Of a stretch of 64,000 nucleotides of DNA, positions 48,923 to 58,462 are shown piece after piece (position 1 is the first letter of the stretch; every line of letters begins with the position of its first letter). The notes under the pieces were generated by a model that saw nothing but the letters and a program-made list of their open reading frames with translations, was not told the origin of the DNA and made no database searches. The DNA is taken from positions 391,991-455,990 of the forward strand of contig CBDCUP010000009.1 of assembly GCA_965222655.1 (NCBI GenBank), given 5' to 3'. The stretch is from Acidobacteriota bacterium (GTDB lineage: Bacteria > Acidobacteriota > UBA6911 > RPQK01 > JAJDTT01). The position numbers were made by a program, and so were the translations under genes.

Positions 48923-51229
48923 ATGGAATTGCGGAAGAACTGCCGGACACTGATCACGGCCTTGAACCGGTTTTGGCACCGGGAGGCCGGGCCGATGAAC
49001 TGGAAAAACCCCGTCCGCGTGGTGGCCTATATCGGCTGGGAAATTTTCAACGTCATGGCCTTCTTGGTGGGTGAATGGGTCCGGTACGGCGTCCGGGCCA
49101 GTCAGATTGTCCTGGCCATTCCCCCTACCGTGATCCTCTTTTCCGGGGGGGTTTGGTTCGCCGTTTGGAGCTTTGTCCGGCGTCCTTTTCCGGCGCTTGA
49201 GACGGTCCCTTTGCTCGATCTTTTGGAGTATCACAACCCGAATGTTTACAGTGCCGTGGTGATCTGGTACTACCTTTCTCCGCTGGTGGCGGTGATGCTG
49301 GCCGGATCTATTTCCCTGTCTATTTGGAAGGTTTGGATTGAGGCGCGAAAGCGCGATTTACTTCCCTTTGGGGCGCTCCCCGCTTGGCCTCTTTCCCCGA
49401 AGCAGCCCGGCCCCGAAATCGTCATCGGGGAAGTGCATCATCCGGTCGAAGCCAGGGAGATTTTCAACCCCGGATGGCTCACCATCCCGGAGCGCGGACT
49501 GTATACCGGCATTGCCATTTTTGGAGCGGTGGGGAGCGGCAAAACTTCGGCCTGTATGCACCCCTTCGCCAAGCAGCTACTCGGCTGGCAAGCGGACGAT
49601 CCGGAGCGGAGGCCAGCGGCGCTCATGCTCGAAGTGAAGGGAGATTTTTGCCATGACATTCGCTCGATCCTGGATAACGCGGGCCGGGGAGACGACTACC
49701 TGGAGATCGGAATGGGCGGCGTCTGGAAATGGAACCCCCTCTCCGCGTGGTGGCTCGATTCATACTCGCTGGCCTACACCGTTGCCAGCCTTCTCAATCA
49801 GCTTTTCGGCAAGGGCAAGGAGCCTTTTTGGCAGCAAGCCTATACCAATCTGGTGCGCTGGATTATCGAGCTTCACCGGGTGCTGCCGGAGCAGTGGGTG
49901 ACATTGCAGCAGGTCTATCAATGCGCCATTGACCCGGATCTTTTCGCGGCCAAGATCAAACAGGCCGAGGCATGGAGCGCGGAGCTAAACACCGGGGAGG
50001 TTTTCATTCCGTCCGAAATCTGGAAACCAAAAATGTACGATCTAGCCGATTGGGACATGAAGGCCACACCGGACGGGAAGGAAATGCAGACCGTCTACAC
50101 CGTGGACCTGGCTCATAAGCTAGAGGAATTGGAGATCAAGCCTCGTATCGTTTGGGAGCCCGGAGCCGGGGACGATGTGAGAGAGCGGGTGGCCACTGTG
50201 AAGCGGTGGTTTGACAACGACTGGCAAAAGCTGGACAACAAAATCAAATCCTCGATTGTCGAAGGCGTTTCCGTATTCCTGTCAATGTTCGATATGCCGG
50301 ACGTGGCGGCGGTGTTCTGTCCCCCGCCCCCGGAAGTGTCCGACGATCCCCGGCGCATCGGCCCGAAGGCCAGGGCCGCGATGCTGGCCGAGGCAAAGGC
50401 CCAGGCCAAGGGCCGGGGGGAGGCAAGCGGCGAGAAGAAGGGCAAGGAGGACCGGCAATGGCCCGCCCATACCATTGCCGAAAGGCCGCGCTATTTACCC
50501 CCGCTCTATGAATTGATCGAGGGCGGCAAGGTGCTGGCCTTGAACATGCCAGCCGGGAGCAACCCGGCGCTGGCCCGCGCCATCGGCGTGATGCTCAAAA
50601 ACGCATGGCTCCAAGCCTTGCTCATGCGACCGGCTCAGATGAAGGAATCCCCCACGGCCTACTTTCGGCCAGCGGTCTTTATCTGTGACGAGTACCAATC
50701 CTTCGCATCGGTGGGCGAGGACGATCCGACCGGCGATGAGAAATCCTTTGCCTTAACGCGGCAATGCCGCTGCATCCCGATTGTTGCGACCCAATCCATA
50801 TCCTCATTGCGGGCCGTGCTTGGCAGTTCGGAGGCGTGGCGGGCGCTCTTGCAGACGCTTCGCACCCGGATCTTCCTATCCTTGAGCGACGACGCCAGCG
50901 CCAAGATTGCATCGGAATTGTGCGGGCAGGTTGCCAAGATCAAAGGATCGTACACGATCAGCGAGACCTCGAAGCGGGCGGGCGTGTCCCCGCTCTCAGG
51001 CCGCGCCGGTGGATCGGGCGGCGGGAGCATCGGCGCAACCAAGTCTTTCCAGGAGCGCCGGGAGGCCGTCTTTCACCCGCGAGACTTCGCCTTGCTTGGA
51101 AACTGTCAGGCTATTTGCTTGCCCTATGACGGGGCGCAATCGCTGGAACCCAGGAGGGTTTATCTCAAACCTCATTACCTTCCCCTGGAACATTCTTATT
51201 GGAGAGCGAAGGAGGCCGGAGAGATATGA
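48923..51229 (+). CDS. virD4: Type IV coupling protein VirD4/TraG
   Basis: N-terminal TM helices; Walker A GAVGSGKT; TraG/TrwB family length; true start may be ATG at 48995. Confidence 0.85.
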   Translation: MELRKNCRTLITALNRFWHREAGPMNWKNPVRVVAYIGWEIFNVMAFLVGEWVRYGVRASQIVLAIPPTVILFSGGVWFAVWSFVRRPFPALETVPLLDLLEYHNPNVYSAVVIWYYLSPLVAVMLAGSISLSIWKVWIEARKRDLLPFGALPAWPLSPKQPGPEIVIGEVHHPVEAREIFNPGWLTIPERGLYTGIAIFGAVGSGKTSACMHPFAKQLLGWQADDPERRPAALMLEVKGDFCHDIRSILDNAGRGDDYLEIGMGGVWKWNPLSAWWLDSYSLAYTVASLLNQLFGKGKEPFWQQAYTNLVRWIIELHRVLPEQWVTLQQVYQCAIDPDLFAAKIKQAEAWSAELNTGEVFIPSEIWKPKMYDLADWDMKATPDGKEMQTVYTVDLAHKLEELEIKPRIVWEPGAGDDVRERVATVKRWFDNDWQKLDNKIKSSIVEGVSVFLSMFDMPDVAAVFCPPPPEVSDDPRRIGPKARAAMLAEAKAQAKGRGEASGEKKGKEDRQWPAHTIAERPRYLPPLYELIEGGKVLALNMPAGSNPALARAIGVMLKNAWLQALLMRPAQMKESPTAYFRPAVFICDEYQSFASVGEDDPTGDEKSFALTRQCRCIPIVATQSISSLRAVLGSSEAWRALLQTLRTRIFLSLSDDASAKIASELCGQVAKIKGSYTISETSKRAGVSPLSGRAGGSGGGSIGATKSFQERREAVFHPRDFALLGNCQAICLPYDGAQSLEPRRVYLKPHYLPLEHSYWRAKEAGEI

Positions 51230-52194
51230 GCAACGCGGCCAGTGGGCTGGCACACCTGAAACCTTTTTTGCCGGGGCTTGAACCCCTGCTGGAAGACGCG
51301 GAAGTGTCCGAGATCATGATTAACGGTCCCGGCAATGTTTGGATCGAGGCTAAGGGCCGGTTAACGGCTCATGCAGCGCCAGGGCTGGACGAATCGGCCT
51401 TGTTACGGGCGGCTATTCACATCGCCCGGCCTTTGGGCCTGGACCCCGCTTCAAATCCGATCATAGACGCCCGCCTGGATGATGGTTCCCGCGTGGCGAT
51501 CTGTGTTCCCCCGGCCAGCCCCCACGTTGCCATCACCATCCGGCGATTCGGCAAGCGGACCTTCAGCGCGGCGGATCTGGTCGAACAGAAAGCCCTACCG
51601 GAAAACGTCTTGAAAGCGGCGGAGCAGGTGTTGATGTCCCGCCGCAACATTCTGGTTTCCGGTGGGACCGGATCAGGCAAGACCACCTTGCTCAATGCCC
51701 TCATAGAACTACTACCCGTTGACGAGCGCATTGTGGCCATCGAGGACACGCTGGAGCTTCGCATCGGCCACTCGAATTGTGTCCGGTTTGAGGCCAGGGG
51801 CCTACAAGAGGGCGCGGTGACGATCCGCGATCTAGTACGCCATGCCTTGAGGCATCGACCGGATCATATCGTGGTGGGCGAGGTTCGAGGCGGCGAGGCG
51901 GCGGATCTACTGCAAGCTCTCAATACCGGACACGGTGGCTCACTCACGACCGTACACGCCAACAACGCGGAGAGCGCCCTGTCACGGCTTGCCAGTTGCG
52001 CCATGCAGGGCGGCGGGGAGTTGCCGTGGGAGGTGACTTGCCGGGGCGTGGTGGATGGGATTGCGATGGTAATTCACATGACGCGCCGGGAGGGACGGCG
52101 CTTTGTCGAGGAAGCCGCTTTTGTCAGTGGCTACGATGCGGGCCAGAACCAATGGGACATTGAGAGAATCACGGAGCGGGAGCTTCAACAATGA
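51226..52194 (+). CDS. virB11: T4SS ATPase VirB11/TrbB
   Basis: VSGGTGSGKTT Walker A, IVVGEVRGGEA, hexameric secretion ATPase family; ATGA overlap with virD4. Confidence 0.85.
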   Translation: MSNAASGLAHLKPFLPGLEPLLEDAEVSEIMINGPGNVWIEAKGRLTAHAAPGLDESALLRAAIHIARPLGLDPASNPIIDARLDDGSRVAICVPPASPHVAITIRRFGKRTFSAADLVEQKALPENVLKAAEQVLMSRRNILVSGGTGSGKTTLLNALIELLPVDERIVAIEDTLELRIGHSNCVRFEARGLQEGAVTIRDLVRHALRHRPDHIVVGEVRGGEAADLLQALNTGHGGSLTTVHANNAESALSRLASCAMQGGGELPWEVTCRGVVDGIAMVIHMTRREGRRFVEEAAFVSGYDAGQNQWDIERITERELQQ

Positions 52195-52631
52195 AAATAC
52201 ACTCCACAGGTAAGCTGATCGGGTTGGGCATTTTGATCGCCGGGATCGCGTCGTTTATCACGAGCGCCCAAATCGATCCGATCACGGCCCGCGTCGAGCG
52301 CGTGATTGATGGAGATACCATTCAGGTTCGTTTCGAGGGTAACAGCTACACCGTGCGGCTCATCGGAGTGGACACCCCGGAGACGAAACACCCCACCCAA
52401 ACGGTCGAGTACTTCGGGCGCGAGGCCAGCGCCTTCACCAAGGCGCATCTCGAAGGCAAGACAGTTGCTCTCGTAAGGGATCGCACCGGGGATACCGCCG
52501 ACCGCTACGGTCGCTGGCTCCGCTACGTCTACCTGGACGGAGACAACTTCAACGCCCGGCTCATCCGCGAGGGCTCCGAGAGGGCGAATCTTAGAAATAT
52601 AGATGATTTTAGTAGAAAACCCAAACACTAA
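52191..52631 (+). CDS. nuc: Secreted thermonuclease (staphylococcal-nuclease-like), as in pKM101 nuc
   Basis: Signal/TM, IDGDTI...RLIGVDTPE...RYGR SNase motifs; ATGA overlap with virB11. Confidence 0.8.
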   Translation: MKIHSTGKLIGLGILIAGIASFITSAQIDPITARVERVIDGDTIQVRFEGNSYTVRLIGVDTPETKHPTQTVEYFGREASAFTKAHLEGKTVALVRDRTGDTADRYGRWLRYVYLDGDNFNARLIREGSERANLRNIDDFSRKPKH

Positions 52632-52668
52632 GCCAGAGGCGTTTGACAGTGCTTCTCGGGCGGGCATA

Positions 52669-52995
52669 ATGACTGTTGAGGAGGTCGCTCAGTTTCTGCA
52701 TATGAGCCCGGGTTGGGTTTACAAACACTCGCATGAACTGGGCGCTGTGAAACTCGGGGGTTCTCTATTTTTCCCGAATAAGGAGGACCTCTATGAGTGT
52801 TTATTCAATAAAGGGCAAAGGCTGGAGGTACGATTTCACCCTCAAGGGCGAGAGGTACACTCAGGCTTGGTTCCCAACCAAAACGAAGGCCAAACAGGCA
52901 GAAGCAGAAACAAGAAAGGAGGTATTAGCACCACAGAAGAAAACTCAGACCCCAACCGACATGAACTTCTTGGAGTTGGTAAATCGGAAACTTGA
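52669..52995 (+). CDS. xis: Excisionase/Xis-like HTH (HTH_17/AlpA-type); 3' extent uncertain, overlaps integrase start
   Basis: MTVEEVAQFLHMSPGWVYKHSHELGAVKLGGSLFFPNKEDLYECL matches phage excisionase winged helix. Confidence 0.45.
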   Translation: MTVEEVAQFLHMSPGWVYKHSHELGAVKLGGSLFFPNKEDLYECLFNKGQRLEVRFHPQGREVHSGLVPNQNEGQTGRSRNKKGGISTTEENSDPNRHELLGVGKSET

Positions 52996-53892
52996 TGATG
53001 TAGAGGCTCGAAACAGCCTCAGATACTACAAGGACTTTCAATACATGGCGAGGCGATGGGCTCAGCTTTGGGGCGAGTTGAACTGTAGGCAGATAACCCG
53101 GGAAATGATCGAGCAGTTTGTCAAAAGACGGAAAAAGCAGGTTTCAGCACGCACCGCAAATAAGGAAATCCGCTATCTACGCTCAGTCTTTAACTTCGGG
53201 AAGAAAAAAAGTTGGCTGAGCACCAGCCCGGTTGATGGGATTGACTTCTTCTCGGTGGACAAACAGATACGGTACATCCCGACTGCTGAAGATGTGGAGA
53301 AAATCATCCTCCACGCTCGATCTGACAAGTGGTTGATGGCGCGGTATCCTGATGCTCCTGATTATCTTGAGACTTTGAGAGACACACTGGGACGCATAAG
53401 TGAGATCAATAGGTTGAAATGGGACGACGTGAACCTGGAAGAGAGATACTTAATCCTCTACACTCGCAAGATAGACGGGGGGCTTTCTCCCAGGAAGATC
53501 CCAATGACTCAAAGGCTGGACGAGATTCTTTCACTAAGGTATGCGCACAGAGACCCCAAAAAGCCTTGGGTGTTCTGGAATCCCCGTACGGGCCTACCCT
53601 ACAGAGATCGCAAGAGCATCATGAAGCGACTGTGTAAAGAAGCCAGAGTGCCGTACTTTCGTTTCCATTCACTGCGACATTCAAGTGCATCCCTCATGGA
53701 CAACAGCAACGTCCCAACGGGTGCGATCCAGAGAATCTTAGGCCATAGAAATCGGACCACGACGGAAATCTATCTGCACAGTCTGGGGGAAGGGGAAAGA
53801 GAAGCCATCGAAGCGTTCGAGGCCGTGAGAGAGGAAAAAGTCTCACACAGATCCACACACAGCGGTATGATGATTCCCCTGAAACCCTTGAT

Positions 53893-53902
<10 letters not shown>
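52793..53902 (+). CDS. int: Tyrosine recombinase/integrase of the conjugative element
   Basis: C-terminal R...HSLRHS...LGHRNRTTTEIYLH catalytic motifs; stop codon lies inside tRNA-Arg. Confidence 0.85.
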
Positions 53903-53970
<68 letters not shown>

Positions 53971-54018
53971 GATTTTTCAACGGGTTAGAGCAATCACCCT
54001 AACCGCCCCACGAGCCCA

Positions 54019-55092
54019 TCACCCGCTTTTCACCCGCTCGGTGTTCATGAACTCGCCCTCCTCTAGTCGCTGCGCGTCCCGGACGCTTCTTACAGCGTGA
54101 TCCGAGACAAAGAGGGCGTAGCGCATGGTGGTCTGGATGTCTCGGTGACCAAGGAGATCCTTGACGGTCCGAACATCGACGCCAAGGCGAAGCCAGTGGG
54201 TGGCTCGGAATCGGCGCAGATCGTGGAAGCCTACCCAATTCAGTCCGGCTCTCACGGCTCCGCGCTTGAACGCCTTCTCGGGATTGACCCAGCGCTGATT
54301 CGTCTGCGAACCGACAAAGACATAAGGGCAGTGGAGGTGCCGAACAAGACGTTGAAGCCAGTCCAGTGCGAACTCCGACAAGGGGATGTGACGGACCCGT
54401 TGGTTCTTGGTCCGTCCCACACTCAAGATCCGCTCGGGCACACTGATGCTATCCCATTCGAGAAATAGTGCCTCACTCTTCCGAATTCCCGTCTCCCCCA
54501 TGACTGCCACTAGCGCCGCAATCTCCAGCCGATCCATCGACTGCACGAGCAGGTGAAATTCCTCAACCGTAAGGATACGTCTTGGCACTTCTTGAACCTT
54601 GAGCATAGGAAAGCGAACCAGGGGATGGTAATCGATGACTCCCACCTCAAGAGCAAAGCTGAACATCTTCCGCAGAGCCGCAACGTCGCGGTTAACTGTG
54701 TTTGGAGAGACGTGCTTCACCCGACGCCGAACGTAACGATGCAGGTGGTGGCGGCGGAAGTCGACAAGAAGGATTCCCCCCAGTTCTCGGTTGAGGCTTC
54801 CGAAGGACAGTGCGTACCGATCCCAGGACCTCATCCGTACCTTGGCGTATTCTTCAAGAAAGGTGGCCGAAAAGTCGGACACGGTTGCGGCGTCTCTGGG
54901 ACTCGATCCCGTTAACGTTTCTCGAAGTTTGCGCCATGTGCCCTCGATGATGGCGGCCTCGATACGAGAGAGAGTCCGCTTGGCTACTTTGGGGTTGGGA
55001 TAGAATCGCCTGAACTCCTTTCCGTCCGGCCAGCGCTTCCTCACCTCGATCTTGGGAGCGCCCTTGCGATATTTGACCCGGTTAATTGCCAT
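54019..55092 (-). CDS. int: Tyrosine recombinase/integrase of second element
   Basis: GFHDLRRFRATHW...LLGHRDIQTTMRYA catalytic region; convergent on tRNA 3' end. Confidence 0.85.
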   Translation of the reverse strand: MAINRVKYRKGAPKIEVRKRWPDGKEFRRFYPNPKVAKRTLSRIEAAIIEGTWRKLRETLTGSSPRDAATVSDFSATFLEEYAKVRMRSWDRYALSFGSLNRELGGILLVDFRRHHLHRYVRRRVKHVSPNTVNRDVAALRKMFSFALEVGVIDYHPLVRFPMLKVQEVPRRILTVEEFHLLVQSMDRLEIAALVAVMGETGIRKSEALFLEWDSISVPERILSVGRTKNQRVRHIPLSEFALDWLQRLVRHLHCPYVFVGSQTNQRWVNPEKAFKRGAVRAGLNWVGFHDLRRFRATHWLRLGVDVRTVKDLLGHRDIQTTMRYALFVSDHAVRSVRDAQRLEEGEFMNTERVKSG

Positions 55093-55339
55093 GTTCCCTC
55101 CTTTCCTGACCGGGTCCTCCGTCCGGGTCAGGATACCACTCGTCCAGGGTGTCGATAAAACCGTTCAAGTCTTCCAAAGTGAAGACACGGTGGTTTTCCA
55201 GTCGACGGGCTCTGATCATGTTCAGATCGGCATATTTTCTTAGCGTTTGTTCGTGAACGCCCAGATAGCGGGCGGCGGCCTTGCTGCTGAACAGCCGCTG
55301 GTTGGGAACTTGGATCAGCGCAACTGGTTTCCCGATCAT
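55082..55339 (-). CDS. AlpA/MerR-type HTH (excisionase/transcriptional regulator)
   Basis: RLFSSKAAARYLGVHEQTLRKYADLNMIRARRLENHRVFTLEDLNGFI matches Phage_AlpA fold. Confidence 0.6.
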   Translation of the reverse strand: MIGKPVALIQVPNQRLFSSKAAARYLGVHEQTLRKYADLNMIRARRLENHRVFTLEDLNGFIDTLDEWYPDPDGGPGQERREHGN

Positions 55340-55417
55340 CGTTTACTGGTCCCGACCTACGCTTTGTCGTGTGATGAGGCCCTCTGTCTCTGCCAGTCCT
55401 GCAGCATCACAGCCCCC

Positions 55418-55795
55418 CTATCCCTCTAAATCGAAATCTAGGAGTCTCACAACGGGGGCTCTCCCTGGGTGTCGAGTAACTGAAACCAAACCCCTGCTCT
55501 CAAGCTGTGACAAGGCTCGATAACTCGAATGTCTGCTGACGCCGAAAAGATCCAAGGTCGCGTGAGTGAGACGGACACTCTTTGACTTCGTAAGCCCCGA
55601 CAAAAAACTCAGGGCGATCGCGACATGAAGCGACTTTCCGGGAAGTTTGGCCGCTGCCACCAACCAATCCAACTGGATTGGCCCCTTAAGGAACCTTCCC
55701 GTATTGCGCCGTATCCTCGAAGGAGATCTTCTCTTGGATTCCAGAGTCGTCTCAGACGTGAGCCGGAGAGAGTCCAGGTTGATCTGAGTCGACAT
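55418..55795 (-). CDS. Winged-helix DNA-binding protein (possible replication/regulatory)
   Basis: IQLDWLVAAAKLPGKSLHVAIALSFLSG...YRALSQLESRGLV. Confidence 0.4.
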   Translation of the reverse strand: MSTQINLDSLRLTSETTLESKRRSPSRIRRNTGRFLKGPIQLDWLVAAAKLPGKSLHVAIALSFLSGLTKSKSVRLTHATLDLFGVSRHSSYRALSQLESRGLVSVTRHPGRAPVVRLLDFDLEG

Positions 55796-55910
55796 TATTA
55801 TTAAGACTTCCTAAAGAGATACATATATAAGATGAGACGGGGGTGCACTGGTGCACAGGTATCGTTGCACCAGCGCTCAGGTCACCTGTGCGCTCATGCA
55901 CACCTTCTTT

Positions 55911-57640
55911 CTAAACTAGTTCCTTCATGATCTCCCAGACGGTCGTCCACATCTCCCTGCCCCGCTCGTCCATATAGCGCTCCGGATAACGGATCACCTT
56001 TGCCTCTGTCTGGATCTGAAAGCCATCAAGAACAGCCTCGCTCGCTTCTGTCATGGCCATCTGAGCTGCCGCAACGGCATCCTCCAATTCCGGCAGCGGA
56101 GCCTCGATCAAGATCGCATCATGAATAGGAGCGCAGACCCGTATGCCTCGCTCCGTTGCCAGGCAGCAAGCTAGACGTAGCATCTCCGCCCCGTTGGCCT
56201 GCATGGGGAAGTTCTGGAGAAACCGAGGATTCACTTCGTTTCCGACATGAATCTCCCAACCAAAGACGGTCCATAGCTTGCCGTGTAACATGGCGTAGTC
56301 GACCGCCGCTTCTGACCATCGCCAGAAAACGGGATAGGTCTGCCGGTGCATTTGCAGCAGCTCCCGTGCCTCGATCTCGGGCCGATCGATTTTCTGGGCC
56401 AAGGATTTGGCCCCCATTCCATATTGGACGGCAAGGACGCACTCTTTGAACATCTCCCGTTCCCAAGGGTGGCTTTCCTTGGTCGCATCAGGCGGCGCAA
56501 CTCCTACCTGCTTAGCCAAGGCTAGGTACGGATCTCCCGAAGTCGCGGCTTGTAGCATCGCCGGGTCACCCGAGAGCGCAGCTGCAATGCAATATTCCTG
56601 CTGAGCAAAATCAATGTGGGCCAGACCCCAGCCCGGTTCAGGCCGTATCAATCCGCGCAACCAGATCGCAGGACCAAAAATGAACTTGCTGTTGCTCGGT
56701 TGATTTCGCCCTGTGCGGGCCTGGAAGGCGGAGAGAAGACACCGATTGCGGCCGTCCTGCCCAATGGCTAGCTCCGACAGCCGCATCCGCGAAAGTGAGA
56801 TTCGAAGTTCTCGCAAAGGTGCAACTTCAGGATTGCTGCGAGCCATCTCACGGAAGATGTCGTCCTTGAGTGCCAGCCGACCGGATTTTAGCCTGGGCCA
56901 CGGCACCGCGTGTTTTTCAAGCCACTTTTCGAATCGATCGACCTTGAAGCTCAGGCCTTCGTATACCCCATATCTGGCGTCGATACGTCGGATCAACTTT
57001 TCTTGGATATGAGGCCAGTGCTCCCGCAGTGCCGAGTATGCTTCTGTGTCAATAGGAACCCCGCAGTGCTCCATGTGCGCAGCCGCCTTCATGTAGCGTC
57101 CCCGAAGAAGTGCCCTTGGAACATCCAGATGAGGGCTCATTCGATGCAGCAACTTATGAACTGCGACCACATCGCTCTCACAATAGTCTGTGAGCTGTTT
57201 ACGCTCCGATAGGCTCCAAGGACCTCCCCGTAGTGCCAGCTCACGCATATGCTCCTTCTCAGACGCTTCGATTCCGTCCAGACCAAAGGCCGTCAGAGCG
57301 CCGAGAAGGCCAAACCCGCACGGTGGAGTTTTGCCATTGACGAGGTTTCTGAATTCACAGAAGAGATCCAGTACATTAGCGGGGTGGGACCAGCCCAGAG
57401 CAAGGTGACAACCTAACTCAGCTGAGTCGTAGTAAGCGACAAGAAGGGAGTCCGGACCAACCGAGTATGGGGGTGCTGCAGAAGTGCTCAGATCGTCCTG
57501 CCAAAGTCGTATAGTCCGTCCGCTCCGTTCCTCCCTGGCCACAACACAGATCGGAGTGGGTTGCTCACCAGGCGGTGCGGAAAACTCAAAGTCTACGCAC
57601 CAGATTTCTTTGAATGCACTCAAAGGGGACAAGCTCAACG
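55911..57640 (-). CDS. Family A DNA polymerase with 3'-5' exonuclease domain (mobile-element encoded)
   Basis: Exo I VDFEFS, Exo II YYDSAEL; Pol motif A DFAQQEYCIAAALSGD, motif B K...QYGMG, motif C HDAILIE; probable TTG start overlapping upstream stop (TTGA); alternative ATG at 57740. Confidence 0.8.
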
Positions 57641-58306
57641 TACTCCTCTCAACTTCTGGATTGCTAAGTGATCCATGGATTGGATGAACTTGTCTTTGAA
57701 GGCGATCTCCAAGATCTGGCCCAAGCTCAAATCGGGCCATTCCGGTTCGGGGAGGTCTCCTGTGGCCGTAAACACCTCATAGGCCCCCAGCCGCATGTTG
57801 GCTACGATGCGTACCCAGTCTTTCATCGCGACCTGAGCGGCCTCCAGAGCCGACCGATGCCACTCGAGCTGACGTCCATCCGCACCGGGCAGCCTTACGG
57901 GATAGAGGAAGACAATCCCCTGCCGGTTAATGGCGGTGAAAAGGCACATGGGAACAATTTCTCCTGGCAGCTCCGACCATAAAGTGGGGTCTACGAGATA
58001 TGTCTCTCGGTCCTCCTTAAGCTCGAGGACTGCCGTTTCCAGCCGATAGGATTCGTCTGGTTGAACTCTGATAAACCATTGTCTGTCTGGCTTGCGAACC
58101 GGGATGGTGATGATCTTTTTCTTGACTCCAGCCGTTTCTGCAAAGTTCTGGGAGAGTCGGAGTTTCTCGATGTCAGGAATCCCTTCCTGCTCATCGCGGA
58201 TACTCCGCTGTCTGTCTCGATCGTCGCCCCCGTCGGGCGTCGGAGTGGTTGCGGTTTTCTTACCCTTGTTGGTCATGTTGTTTCTCCTTGAGTGCGGGTC
58301 GTTCAA
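57635..58306 (-). CDS. Hypothetical protein between PrimPol and PolA
   Basis: 223-aa ORF in operon; no recognisable family. Confidence 0.4.
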   Translation of the reverse strand: MNDPHSRRNNMTNKGKKTATTPTPDGGDDRDRQRSIRDEQEGIPDIEKLRLSQNFAETAGVKKKIITIPVRKPDRQWFIRVQPDESYRLETAVLELKEDRETYLVDPTLWSELPGEIVPMCLFTAINRQGIVFLYPVRLPGADGRQLEWHRSALEAAQVAMKDWVRIVANMRLGAYEVFTATGDLPEPEWPDLSLGQILEIAFKDKFIQSMDHLAIQKLRGVR

Positions 58307-58462
58307 TGATTAGGTTTTCTAGATCGCCCGACGGCAACCAAGCACCTTGAAACTCCGTTCAATTCAGATCCTTCCAAGGCCATAAGCCCGGCCTTCTTGA
58401 CTTCCTGAATCCCTTTACGCGTTCCATCAGACTCGTCCGGAAACATTGCCAGCATCTCTTTC

